Assembly (NCBI GenBank): GCA_019057795.1
Contig: JAHLWS010000075.1
Span: 1 to 64,000, forward strand
Reading direction: 5' to 3'
Source: Promethearchaeota archaeon
GTDB lineage: Archaea; Asgardarchaeota; Lokiarchaeia; Sigyniarchaeales; SOKP01
Length of the DNA stretch: 64,000 nt
A model generated the notes under the pieces. It searched no databases. It was not told the origin of the DNA and saw nothing but the letters and a program-made list of their open reading frames with translations. Position 1 is the first letter of the stretch. Each line of letters starts with the position of its first letter. A program made the translations under genes and the position numbers. Below, piece after piece: positions 18,445-28,846 of the stretch.

Positions 18445-19653
18445 ATGGAGATTTTTGCAATCACAATAAATATTTTAGTTATAGTTATAGGCTATTTTAT
18501 AGGTTCATTAAATCCGGCTTATTTTTTTGGTAGATTAAAAAAATTCGATATAAGAGATAAAGGCGATGGTATTGCTGGCACTGTAAGTGCTTATCGTCAT
18601 TTAGGACTTAAATTTGCAATACCAACAGCGCTATTTGATACTCTAAAAGGTGTTTTTGCTATTTTCATAGCACTGAGTATGGGAGCTGATTTTGTCTTCG
18701 CGCAATTAAGTGGTTTAGCTGCTATTGCGGGACATGTTTTTCCATTTTATATTAAATTTCGCGGTGGTCAAGGAATGGCTTGTACTTCAGGTATCGTACT
18801 TGCTTATTTATTAAATTATATTCTTGTTGGTCCCGAAATGCTTATTTTTCTTTTTTGCTATTTAATTTTTATAATTGTGATTTTTGTTTACATTACTAAA
18901 ACAGGAGTAATTATCGCGCTCATTGTACTTGCTTTAATCGGATATACTGCTCTTATTTATTATCCTGAAAGCCCTTATAATATCTTCTTTTGGATAGTAA
19001 TAACTTATGATATGTCTGTTACTTTTTATGATATGGTAAAAGGGAAGGTATTCAAGATTGAAGACGAAACTTTTAAAGCTCACTGGTGGCGGGTAGCCAT
19101 GAGACCGTTTGCGATTTTATTTATAATATTTTACGTATTTTACCCGCAAATAACTACATTGCAATTTATTGGTATCGTAGCGCTATTTTTTATAGTATTT
19201 GATATTTATAGGTTTATGAGTAAACAAGCAAATGAATTAATAACATCAAAAGTTAAAGCTCTATTAAGGAAAAGCGAATTTAAAAAATTTTCGTCGATGA
19301 CTATCTTCTTAGTTGCGATGTTTATAACTATATTGTTATTTCAGAAAGATATAGCGATTATAGCCTCAACGTTTCTGATATTCGGAGATTCGTTTGGTAA
19401 GCTTTTTGGGTTAGCTTTTGGAAGGCATAAAATATTGGACAAAACTTTAGAAGGTACGCTAGCATATGCGGGAAGTGTCCTTATTATGGGATACATACTC
19501 TATACTAACTTAGAGATTTCTTTGGTTGTTTTAATTCTAGGGTGTATCTCAGCACCTTTAGTTGAAATGTTTTCAATGAAAGTAAATGACAATTTTACAG
19601 TTCCTTTAATAACGGGATCAATTATGACAGTAGCACTATTGTTTGGCCTATAA
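18445..19653 (+). CDS. plsY: PlsY-like acyltransferase fused to CTP-dependent lipid kinase (dolichol/phytol/DGK1-type), copy 1
   Basis: GYFIGS.NP...DIR..G..AGT, D.LKG, GHVFP...FRGGQG; C-terminal GD..GKLFG..FGRHK...KTLEG...E.....DN..VP. Confidence 0.8.
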   Translation: MEIFAITINILVIVIGYFIGSLNPAYFFGRLKKFDIRDKGDGIAGTVSAYRHLGLKFAIPTALFDTLKGVFAIFIALSMGADFVFAQLSGLAAIAGHVFPFYIKFRGGQGMACTSGIVLAYLLNYILVGPEMLIFLFCYLIFIIVIFVYITKTGVIIALIVLALIGYTALIYYPESPYNIFFWIVITYDMSVTFYDMVKGKVFKIEDETFKAHWWRVAMRPFAILFIIFYVFYPQITTLQFIGIVALFFIVFDIYRFMSKQANELITSKVKALLRKSEFKKFSSMTIFLVAMFITILLFQKDIAIIASTFLIFGDSFGKLFGLAFGRHKILDKTLEGTLAYAGSVLIMGYILYTNLEISLVVLILGCISAPLVEMFSMKVNDNFTVPLITGSIMTVALLFGL

Positions 19654-19847
19654 AAAGCCGTAAAAATTCTATTCTTTTTTTTTTTTTCATTTTTTTTTAT
19701 CATACTTAACAACGTAATTTTTCTATGATTTTGATACAACTAAAGTTTAAATATCACTAAATACAAGATAAATATGGATTAAAATGTAAATATTCATGCG
19801 TTATAAAAAAGCCAACAGAAGAAAAGTATCAAACATGAGGATGAGAA

Positions 19848-21053
19848 ATGGAACCCTTAGAAATTATGATTAGCGTATTATGCTTATTTTTTGGCTATTT
19901 TTTTGGTAGTATTAATCCTGGCTATTTTTTTGGGAGACTGAAAAAAATCGATATAAGGGAAGTTGGTTCTAAAAACGCAGGAACAACAAATACATTTCAG
20001 ACGTTAGGGGTGAAATATGGGATCCCCACGGCCATATTTGATATTTTTAAAGGGTTGTTAGTTATTCTAATAGCGTTAAGCTTAGGAACTAACATTGTTG
20101 TGGCTCATTTAAGTGGATTGATGACAATCGTAGGTCACATATTTCCATTCTATTTAAAGTTTAGAGGCGGCCAGGGTGTTGCTGCTGCTACAGGAATACT
20201 TCTTTACTATTTAGTGAATTATTTAATAACCAACCTGGAATTTATCTTCTTTCTATTTTATTTAATTCTTCTTTCAGTAATATTTTATTATATTTCTAGA
20301 ATTGGTACGCTTTTAAGTATTGTAGTGCTTCCCCTTCTTGGCTATTCTATTTACATTTATTTCCCGGATTGTCAATATAACGTCTTTTTTTGGGTTGTAA
20401 TTACCCATATTACTACGATTGGTATTTATAATATCTTGAAAGAAGGTAAATTTAAGATAGAAGACACGGATTTTCAGACATATTGGTGGCGTGTTGCGAT
20501 AAGACCATTTGCGATTATTTTTTTAATATCTTATATTGTTTTCACTAAAGTTCCTTCTTTATTTATACTTGGTAGTGTGACTTTAGCTTTGGTAGTCTTT
20601 GATATCTTTAGATTGATGCATAAAAAAACAAACGAGGTATTGAAGACAAAAGTTAAGGCTTTACTTAGGAAAAATGAAATTAAAACATTTTCGTCATTCA
20701 CCATCTTTTTCGTTGCCTTGTTTCTTACGTTATTGATATTTCCGAAAGAAGTAGCATTCATTGCATCATCCTTTTTAATCTACGGTGATATATTTGGAAA
20801 GCTTTTCGGTTTAGCATTTGGGAGACATAAAATATTGAATAAGACATTAGAAGGAACATTAGCATATTTTGGGAGCGTTCTTATTATGGGATATGTACTC
20901 TATACTAGTTTAAGTATTCCATTGATTGTTTTAATTATAGGTGGCATCTCAGCACCTTTAGTTGAGATGTTTTCAATGAATCTAAATGATAATCTTACAG
21001 TTCCTTTAATAACGGGATCAATTATGACAGTAGCACTATTGTTTGGTTTATAA
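19848..21053 (+). CDS. plsY: PlsY-like acyltransferase fused to CTP-dependent lipid kinase, copy 2
   Basis: DIREVGSKNAGTTN, DIFKG, GHIFP...FRGGQGVA; same kinase C-terminus; tandem paralog of copy 1. Confidence 0.85.
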   Translation: MEPLEIMISVLCLFFGYFFGSINPGYFFGRLKKIDIREVGSKNAGTTNTFQTLGVKYGIPTAIFDIFKGLLVILIALSLGTNIVVAHLSGLMTIVGHIFPFYLKFRGGQGVAAATGILLYYLVNYLITNLEFIFFLFYLILLSVIFYYISRIGTLLSIVVLPLLGYSIYIYFPDCQYNVFFWVVITHITTIGIYNILKEGKFKIEDTDFQTYWWRVAIRPFAIIFLISYIVFTKVPSLFILGSVTLALVVFDIFRLMHKKTNEVLKTKVKALLRKNEIKTFSSFTIFFVALFLTLLIFPKEVAFIASSFLIYGDIFGKLFGLAFGRHKILNKTLEGTLAYFGSVLIMGYVLYTSLSIPLIVLIIGGISAPLVEMFSMNLNDNLTVPLITGSIMTVALLFGL

Positions 21054-21121
21054 AAATAATTTTCTTATCAAATTCTTCAAAAAATAATGTTATATTAGAT
21101 AAATCTATCATAATTATAGGA

Positions 21122-21907
21122 ATGTCTTATATTGAGAAAAAGTATAACAATCAGATCTCAGAAGTTTTTGACGACCTCACTAAATTGGAACAAGATATCC
21201 TAAATTTACTTAATTATAAATCCATTAAATATTCTGAAAAGGTCGCAAAATTATGCGCTCTTAGTAACAAAAACATTAATCTCATCCTAAAGAAATATTA
21301 CCCCGAAATTAAAAGAATTGACGATAAGTTAAAGATTAAGTCAAGATTGAAGTTTTATTACGACTTACTAGATAAATTGACCAACTTTATTAGGAGCGTT
21401 GAGGAATTTCAAAAAATTGACGATGAATATTACGATACTATTATTGACTTCATTAACGAGAAAGAAAATTTAATATCAGGTAAATATAAAGGAATTAGTT
21501 CTATCGAGTTAACGGTGTTTTACGACAAGAAAACTCGTGAAGATTTAGAGCGAGTTTTAGCGGAAAAAATCGAAATGGGGAGTAAACAATTCTTTACTTT
21601 CGGATCCTTAGAAACAGAAATTAAAAAAATAGCCAGAATTGCTGGAGCAGATGAGGTGGCGATCCTTAACAATGAAGAAATGCTAAAAAGGGCGGAGTTT
21701 ATTAGTAATCCAAGAGCTATTATTCATTACTCTGTTTATTCTACAGATGAGGAATTGTTGAAAGAAATCGGGAGAGAATTAAAAGAGTATCTTATTTCCA
21801 AGGGTTATGAAGCTGTGATCCTACTTCTAGAAATTACCGATCTTACACTGGAGCAAGAATTTTTAACTGGTTCGATCATTACTAACGCTAATTTAAATCC
21901 TGATTAA
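21122..21907 (+). CDS. Hypothetical protein
   Basis: 261-aa ORF, no recognised motif. Confidence 0.7.
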   Translation: MSYIEKKYNNQISEVFDDLTKLEQDILNLLNYKSIKYSEKVAKLCALSNKNINLILKKYYPEIKRIDDKLKIKSRLKFYYDLLDKLTNFIRSVEEFQKIDDEYYDTIIDFINEKENLISGKYKGISSIELTVFYDKKTREDLERVLAEKIEMGSKQFFTFGSLETEIKKIARIAGADEVAILNNEEMLKRAEFISNPRAIIHYSVYSTDEELLKEIGRELKEYLISKGYEAVILLLEITDLTLEQEFLTGSIITNANLNPD

Positions 21908-22045
21908 TGAAGGATAATTGATTAGCTAAATTTTAAAAGCCCATATTTGTATATGAAACTATTCATTTCGTCCATGTTTCTTTCTTAAATAGAGTTTTAC
22001 TAATAAAATATTTAACTTTAAAAGTATTTATTTTGATGAGATATT

Positions 22046-23521
22046 ATGGCTAAAAAGAAAAAGGAAGCTCCCTTAACCGGAATAACGGTATCGAAAGAAG
22101 AGGATTTTTCTGGTTGGTATACGGAGCTAATTAACAAAGCAGAGTTAGCGGATATTAGATACAACATTAAAGGTTTTGTTGTTTATCGAGAATGGGCAAC
22201 CATCTCTATAAAGAAGATGTATGCCATATATGAGAAATGCATGGAAGATCATGGACACATGCCCTTAATAATGCCTTCGTTAATTCCAGAATCTAATTTT
22301 TTATTGGAGGCTGATCATGTGAAAGGTTTTGCTCCTGAAGTATTTTGGGTGACCGAAGCAGGTAGTTCAGGAAAGTTATCAGAAAGATTAGCTTTACGCC
22401 CTACAAGCGAGACCGCTTTGTATAAAATGTACTCTTTATGGATTCGGAGTTACAAAGATCTACCTTACAAAAGATATCTTTCGTGCCAGATATGGCGATA
22501 CGAAGGAAAGATGACGAGACCCTTCTTCAGAGCGAGAGAATTTCATTGGATTGAGGGGCACGATGTATTCTCTACGATGGAAGGAGCTGAGAATCAGGTA
22601 TTAGAGGATATGGAAATGACATATCAAATGCTTCAAGATGAATTTGGAATTCCGATCATCTTCTTTGAACGCCCTCAATGGGATAAATTCAGCGGAGCAC
22701 AGAAAACTTTCGCTGCGGATGCTCTAATGGGGTCAGGAAAAGTTCTACAATTGCCTTCAACTCATCTCTTAGGACAAAATTTCGCAAAGCCATTTAATGT
22801 AAAATTTATTGATGCTAATGGAGAGGAAAAATATGGATATCAAACATGTTATGGTCCAGCGATAAGTAGAATATATGGAGCTATGATAGCTCACCTTGGA
22901 GACGACAAAGGATTGATCCTACCTTTCGATATAGCGCCTATCCAAATAGTAATTGTTCCAATTTTGTTCAAGGGTAAGGAACAGAAAGTATTGGAAAAAG
23001 TCAATGATATATATGAAATGCTCAAGGGTAAATATAGCTTAAAAGTTGATGAATCAGACAAATCAATGGGAAATAAATTCTATTACTGGGAATTAAAGGG
23101 AGTTCCTATTCGAATCGAAGTAGGTCCGAAAGACATCGAAAAAAACCAAGTTGTTATCGTTAAAAGACACGATGGTCAAAAATTCTTTGTTAAGGAAAAA
23201 GAATTAGAAAGCTTCATAGATGATATTGCTATCAATTACACGAAAGAAATAAAAGAGAAAAAGTTAGTTGATTTTGAATCGCAAATTGAAGTAGCTTACG
23301 AAAAAGACGCAGCAATTGAAGCGATCAATAACGGTAAAATAGTTTGTTGTGGATTTTGTTCAATAGATAAAGATGGTGAACACTGTGCAGAAGTAGTTGA
23401 AAAAGACATTGGAGGATTTGTTCGTGGTAAGCGAGTTGATGAGGAGAAACATGAGTTTGCGACTTGTTTAATTTGTGGCAAACCAGCAACTTGTACTGTT
23501 TACATTGCTAAAAGTTATTAA
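22046..23521 (+). CDS. proS: Proline--tRNA ligase (archaeal/eukaryotic type)
   Basis: FSGWY, LRPTSET, RPFFRAREF.W.EGH, HLLGQNFAK, WELKGVP.RIEVG, C-terminal KSY. Confidence 0.97.
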   Translation: MAKKKKEAPLTGITVSKEEDFSGWYTELINKAELADIRYNIKGFVVYREWATISIKKMYAIYEKCMEDHGHMPLIMPSLIPESNFLLEADHVKGFAPEVFWVTEAGSSGKLSERLALRPTSETALYKMYSLWIRSYKDLPYKRYLSCQIWRYEGKMTRPFFRAREFHWIEGHDVFSTMEGAENQVLEDMEMTYQMLQDEFGIPIIFFERPQWDKFSGAQKTFAADALMGSGKVLQLPSTHLLGQNFAKPFNVKFIDANGEEKYGYQTCYGPAISRIYGAMIAHLGDDKGLILPFDIAPIQIVIVPILFKGKEQKVLEKVNDIYEMLKGKYSLKVDESDKSMGNKFYYWELKGVPIRIEVGPKDIEKNQVVIVKRHDGQKFFVKEKELESFIDDIAINYTKEIKEKKLVDFESQIEVAYEKDAAIEAINNGKIVCCGFCSIDKDGEHCAEVVEKDIGGFVRGKRVDEEKHEFATCLICGKPATCTVYIAKSY

Positions 23522-23566
23522 TTATTAATAAAAAGAAAATTGATACCTTAAGCGATATTTATAATT

Positions 23567-23860
23567 TTATCTTTCTGTATATCCAATAAATCCAGCAACT
23601 AAGATTAATATTCCTCCAGCTAAGCTACTAAATATTATTATTACTATACCTAATCCTACAAATAATAGCCAATTCATAGGTACAGGATTACCAGGTCTGG
23701 TAACACTGAGTAAAATAATTACAGCTAGAATAATTGAAATTACTATTAAAATTACTTTAGAAGTATCAATGTTCCTTTCGTTAAAACCTAATATAGTTTC
23801 AATTAATGTAATTACTCCACCTATACCAGCTAACAATTTCATTAAATCTTCTTCTCTCAT
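23567..23860 (-). CDS. Small membrane protein
   Basis: 97 aa, 3-4 TM segments. Confidence 0.7.
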   Translation of the reverse strand: MREEDLMKLLAGIGGVITLIETILGFNERNIDTSKVILIVISIILAVIILLSVTRPGNPVPMNWLLFVGLGIVIIIFSSLAGGILILVAGFIGYTER

Positions 23861-24111
23861 TTCATCACTTTATATTTTATTGTTTATAGAAAATGTTTTA
23901 AGAGCTTTTCCTAGATTTGTGGTGTTCTTCTAGTTATTTAAAACCAATTGGAATAAAATTAAAATTTTTTAACTTATTTTCTATACATCGGTTATTAAAT
24001 TTTGTCATTTGTGTGTAAAAATCGACATTGTGTGTCAAAAGAACACACATTTTTCTTTTTGTTATCAATTTATATATACTACTTTTCTAATACAATTAAA
24101 CAAATAAATAG

Positions 24112-24704
24112 TTGAAATTTAAAAAAAAAATGAATACTGAACCAGCAATAGTAATAACTACTGAATTAACAGATTTTTTTAACGAGGATGCTAAATGGAT
24201 GGAATTAGCGTCAACTTCTATTAATTTTAGTGCTCCAACTTTTATTGGATGTATGATTTCTGATAAAGATGGTAAAACTATTGCCATTTTTGAAGCATTC
24301 AAAGGTGCTTTAGAATATTTTATAAAAAAGGATATAAAAGATATAGAAAAGAGAATGAATTTTGATATCGAGCTTATACCTATGTTTATTTGTGCGTTGG
24401 AACGTTTTTCTGACCAAATTTGTATTGAGAATTTAGCAGGAATTAAATTAAAAGGTACAAACATAAAAATGCATTCTATCTTTTGTTTTAGCCAATTCAC
24501 TATTACTTTCTTTTTGAATCCTTTTATCCGCATAAACCCTATGAAAATGTGATTTGTGATTATTTTTTTGATCTCTTTGAGAAATATAAAGAAGAATTTG
24601 AAAATATCTTAAAATTAAGCTCAAACGATTTTATCTCACAAATAGAATTAAAAGGTAGAGAATGGTTAAGAAAATTGAATGAATCATTTCTAAATTCCGC
24701 TTAA
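24112..24704 (+). pseudogene. Frameshifted hypothetical (possibly longin/roadblock-like) gene
   Basis: ORF 24112-24552 continues in the -1 frame from ~24533 (IKPYENVICDYFFDLFEKYKEEF...LNSA*, stop 24704). Real lesion or sequencing error. Confidence 0.6.
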
Positions 24705-24817
24705 AAATTATCTTCCTTTTTCGCAACCATATTTCCAAGCTTATACTTAGATGTAAAATCCAAAAATTTAAGAGATTTCTAACTTTAAATTGTTCATTAA
24801 TTAGGAAGCTTGATATT

Positions 24818-25723
24818 ATGAACGATTTCATCCAACCTCTATCAGACGAGTATAAAGACATTTACTTTATCCAAGGCGAACTGAATGCTCGGTATCCATA
24901 TTCCCATTCTCTTTTAGTTGGTGATTATCTTATAGATACAGGGATTTCGTCCAAGCGTTTAAAAAAACTGAAGAAATTATTTCCAATAAATCACGTAATT
25001 TTAAGCCATTGGCACGAAGATCACATCTCTGGTAATTATCTATTAAAAGATGCGAAGTTTTATTGTCATTTAAAGGATAAACCACCAATCGAAGATATCG
25101 AAAAGATGATTCCTTATTATAATGTTGCAGGTACACCCATTGAAGATGAAATGAGAAAGCTAATTGAAGTATTGCGGATGAAAAATGTTAAAATAGACGA
25201 TTTAATTGAAGAAAATCAGATTATCGACATTGGAAACGAGTTAAAATTACAAATTATTTATACTCCTGGACATACTGCGGGACATTGTTCATTCTATGAA
25301 CGGAGTACAAAAGTAGCTTTTTTAGGCGATATCGATCTTTCGAAATATCCATACTATGGTAATATTGATGCGAGTTTGATTGAATTTGAGAACTCAATTG
25401 CTAGAATCAAAGATTTAGATGTTAGTATTGTAGTTACGGGGCATAGAGGGGTTATTGAAGGAAGAAGTAAAATTAGAGAAGAAATTGAAAAATACGAATC
25501 GATCTTGCAGGATCGAGACGAGAGGATATTATCCTATTTTCCTGAAAGAAGCAAACCAATTAAACTAATTGATTTAAAATATAAAAATATTATCTACCGA
25601 AAATACACGGCTTTTAAAGATTTTGAAATTATTGCCGAACTTTTAATGATTGAAAAACATTTTGAGAAGTTCCTAAAATACGATATAATTTCGAAAAAGA
25701 AAGATGGCTATATTTTAAATTAA
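24818..25723 (+). CDS. MBL-fold metallo-hydrolase
   Basis: SHWHEDH, TPGHTAGH, GD, GH. Confidence 0.9.
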   Translation: MNDFIQPLSDEYKDIYFIQGELNARYPYSHSLLVGDYLIDTGISSKRLKKLKKLFPINHVILSHWHEDHISGNYLLKDAKFYCHLKDKPPIEDIEKMIPYYNVAGTPIEDEMRKLIEVLRMKNVKIDDLIEENQIIDIGNELKLQIIYTPGHTAGHCSFYERSTKVAFLGDIDLSKYPYYGNIDASLIEFENSIARIKDLDVSIVVTGHRGVIEGRSKIREEIEKYESILQDRDERILSYFPERSKPIKLIDLKYKNIIYRKYTAFKDFEIIAELLMIEKHFEKFLKYDIISKKKDGYILN

Positions 25724-25761
25724 ATTAAAAATAAAAAAAATAAATAATTATTGTATTATTA

Positions 25762-27222
25762 CTATTTTTCTTTCGCTAATCTTTCCACCTTGCCAGGTAC
25801 TCCATCTTCAACGGATACTGATTCTGGAAGCGTTTTCATCATTTCCTTAATATTGATTCCTCTCTTTGCGAGAGTTTTTCTTCTAAATAGATATACTATT
25901 GCTCCAACAGCAGCGAATGGAAAAACGATTATAGCAATTATTAACCCTGCATCAGGATCAGTGAACAATAGTAGAACAAATATGAGGGAAGTAACAGAAC
26001 CTAATATTCCCATAATCTTTAAAGTCCAAGATGCTGGTTTGAAGCCTGCTTTATCGTGCCACTCAGGAAACTTCTTTGGAAGGATGAATACTGCTAAAGA
26101 TATAGGGATTTGAAGCATGAGCACAACGGTAGCTGTAACGGCGCTCAATAGCACGCCTGCGGTTTCGATGCCATAAGATGGTGCGAGTAAGGGTATAACG
26201 GTTACAAGGAGGAATATTCCAACAACAAGCAAAAGTGTTAATGCTGGTCTTGGTGTTTTGTGTTTTTTATTTACCTTAGTAAAAACTTTAGGAAACAATT
26301 GGTCTCTTGCTGCTACAAGTATGTCTCGAGAATACGCCATGTAAGATGGATGGAGAGTAGAAGCGATAGCAATGGAAATGAGAATTATCATAAACAGAAT
26401 CATTTCGGGAGGTAAGATACCTCCAAGAATGAGAATTTCTGTTACGGTCCCAACTGGACTATCCCATGGTTGAATTCCAGCAACCATTAGCGCTTGTAAA
26501 ACGTATAAAATTGTGAGCACCACCATACTAATTAGTAGCGCACGAGGTATATTCTTTTTTGGATTCTTAATCTCTCCAGCAACATCTAAAATTAAAGTGA
26601 ACCCTGTATAAGAGAAAAAGAAAGTTAAACCCGCAAACAAAACAGGCCCAACACCTATTGGAAACAGGGGTTCAAAATTCGAAGGATTAAAATGTGGAAT
26701 CGCCGCTATTATAAATATCACCATAACAAAAATATCTCCGACAATTGTAAGGATTAATTCGATTAAACCTGAAATTTCTACTTTTATCCAATTTAGGAAG
26801 TAAAAAATGACTAAAGCAGAAATTCCAACTATTAATACAAATAATAATTCCGATTCAGGAGGAATCCCTAAAGCTTGTCCTATAAATACGCCTAATGTCG
26901 CAGCTAAGAAAGCTATAGCAGACCCGACTGCTAAAATCACCAGCCAAACAGTCATGAAACCTCCAAACCCGCCTAATAGTCTACTAGTAATTACATACGT
27001 TCCACCGGTTACGGGAAAAGCAGAACCAATGTAAGCTATGAGATAAGCTACAAAAATAGCGGGAATAACTGCAATTAAATATGAGATGAATATTGCTGGT
27101 CCAGTTCTTGATAGATAAGCTGCTGGCGAAACCCATATTCCCGCCCCGATAACCATTCCAATTATAATAAAGATCGCTATGGGTAAACTAATACCCCGTT
27201 TTAATTCTTTATCTTCAACCAT
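25762..27222 (-). CDS. APC-family amino acid permease
   Basis: IGAGIW, GGTY, FFSYTGF...GEIKNPKKNIPRA; 12 TMs. Confidence 0.92.
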   Translation of the reverse strand: MVEDKELKRGISLPIAIFIIIGMVIGAGIWVSPAAYLSRTGPAIFISYLIAVIPAIFVAYLIAYIGSAFPVTGGTYVITSRLLGGFGGFMTVWLVILAVGSAIAFLAATLGVFIGQALGIPPESELLFVLIVGISALVIFYFLNWIKVEISGLIELILTIVGDIFVMVIFIIAAIPHFNPSNFEPLFPIGVGPVLFAGLTFFFSYTGFTLILDVAGEIKNPKKNIPRALLISMVVLTILYVLQALMVAGIQPWDSPVGTVTEILILGGILPPEMILFMIILISIAIASTLHPSYMAYSRDILVAARDQLFPKVFTKVNKKHKTPRPALTLLLVVGIFLLVTVIPLLAPSYGIETAGVLLSAVTATVVLMLQIPISLAVFILPKKFPEWHDKAGFKPASWTLKIMGILGSVTSLIFVLLLFTDPDAGLIIAIIVFPFAAVGAIVYLFRRKTLAKRGINIKEMMKTLPESVSVEDGVPGKVERLAKEK

Positions 27223-27467
27223 AATTCTTTCACAAATTTGTCTAGTTTTCTAATTAAATATTACTTTTTTATTAAATTTTAAATTACTTTATTTTTTGGT
27301 AAGAAAATATATAAATGTTTAATTTATATTTGAAAATATTAAAATTTGAGGTTAATATTTTAAAATTTCCTTAGACAACTCAATTAGCAATAATTATTTC
27401 TAATAAAATAGGGAATGTAAAAAAAATAAGAAAAAAATTAATAATTTACAAAGCGGTTTTTTTCAAC

Positions 27468-28667
27468 TTAATACCGTTTGTTTAATTTTTCTAACAGATT
27501 TTTTTTCCGCCTAAGTTTCTTTTTAAGCTCATTAAGAGCGTCAGCGACCGCAAAATCGTAAGGAGAAACCTTTTTTTCAGCAGCTCCTTGAATTACTTCA
27601 AATGTTTTTTCTGTGATTTTTGATTTAATATATTCAAAAATTTCTTCTGCGTTTTTCGCAACTTTACTCACTAAAATTGCTAAAACCTCTCCAGCATTGG
27701 CTACAAAATCAGGGAATGGGATAATACCCTTCTCGTTTAATGCGTCTGTAATACCTTTCGCGTATGGAATATTTGCTGCAGGAACTAATGCAACTGCGTT
27801 GATTTTATCTATATTTTTTTGATTTATTACGTCTGGACGCGCTCCTGGAATTATGAAATCAGTGCGATACTCTGAAGATAATTCAAATAGGCGTTCTTTT
27901 GGAATTTTGATAAGGTTTTTGCTAATATAATGGTTAATTAAATCGTCTCCATACTCCAACTTTAACTTTAGTAATTCTTCAATATTTAGGCCGTCTTCGT
28001 CAAAGATAGCACCATTAATAGTTGAAACTCCCGTTAGAGTAAAACCCAATTCGTTCAAACTCATAGCTAAAGCAGTTCCTACTTTACCAAAACCCTCTAA
28101 TATTACTTTTGGCTTTTTAGAAGTATCAAGTTTTTTATTAGTTATTTTTTCTAAGTTATTATAGATTATTTCTAAACAATATATTACTCCATAACCCGTA
28201 AATAATTCTTCCACGGGAACCCCCAGTTTTACCATACCAATCTTTTTTGGCGCTAAGTTTGGCACGCCCATTACTTTAAACATTTTTAATAAATCATCGC
28301 CATTGGTTCCCATATCTGGACCAGGATAATAGATGTCGTTTTTAATAAAAGGTTCTATTGATTTTGCAAAGCTTGTAAGTAAAATTTCTTTTTTTTCCTT
28401 GTCAAGAGGATCGCCCCATATACCTGCTTTTGCCCCTCCAAGTTTCATCCTATAAGCGCAGAATTTAAGCGACATTGCCCGGGATAATCTAATCATCTCG
28501 TCAAGCGAAATATCGGGGGCAAGTCTTACTCCTCCGGCGGGGATTCCGTAAGCAGAATTGTCTATAACTAAAACTGCGTTTAAATCCGTTGAAGGGTTTT
28601 TTAGAATGATAATTTTTTCGGGTCCTATCTCATCTAACAACGAGTAATCGCTAATACTAAAATCCAT
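27468..28667 (-). CDS. Glu/Leu/Phe/Val dehydrogenase family
   Basis: GGVR, MSLK, GGAK, GPDMGT, TGYG, GFGKVG, PDFVANAG. Confidence 0.9.
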   Translation of the reverse strand: MDFSISDYSLLDEIGPEKIIILKNPSTDLNAVLVIDNSAYGIPAGGVRLAPDISLDEMIRLSRAMSLKFCAYRMKLGGAKAGIWGDPLDKEKKEILLTSFAKSIEPFIKNDIYYPGPDMGTNGDDLLKMFKVMGVPNLAPKKIGMVKLGVPVEELFTGYGVIYCLEIIYNNLEKITNKKLDTSKKPKVILEGFGKVGTALAMSLNELGFTLTGVSTINGAIFDEDGLNIEELLKLKLEYGDDLINHYISKNLIKIPKERLFELSSEYRTDFIIPGARPDVINQKNIDKINAVALVPAANIPYAKGITDALNEKGIIPFPDFVANAGEVLAILVSKVAKNAEEIFEYIKSKITEKTFEVIQGAAEKKVSPYDFAVADALNELKKKLRRKKNLLEKLNKRY

Positions 28668-28846
28668 CTTTAATTAATCCTCGAAAATTTTTTAAAATAA
28701 GAAATAATTGATTAATAATTTGATTGGCTTCCTTAAATACTTTTAAATTAGCGTTAAGTTAGTATACTTTCCTATTTTTTGAAAATTTTGTCAAATATTG
28801 AAGCTAAATTTGTAACCTTTTTTTATTATCACTAATTTTAGTCCTT

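Noticed and set aside
12713-21046. Three 26-bp repeats as a CRISPR array or DGR template/variable repeats
   Set aside because: Spacing is in kilobases, two copies are coding gene ends, there is no cas or reverse transcriptase gene, and no A-specific mismatch pattern.
24550-24552. TGA as selenocysteine readthrough
   Set aside because: The protein-like continuation is in a different frame, so a frameshift explains it better.
24096-24861. Minus-strand ORFs 24096-24533 and 24631-24861
   Set aside because: Shadows of the frameshifted + strand gene.
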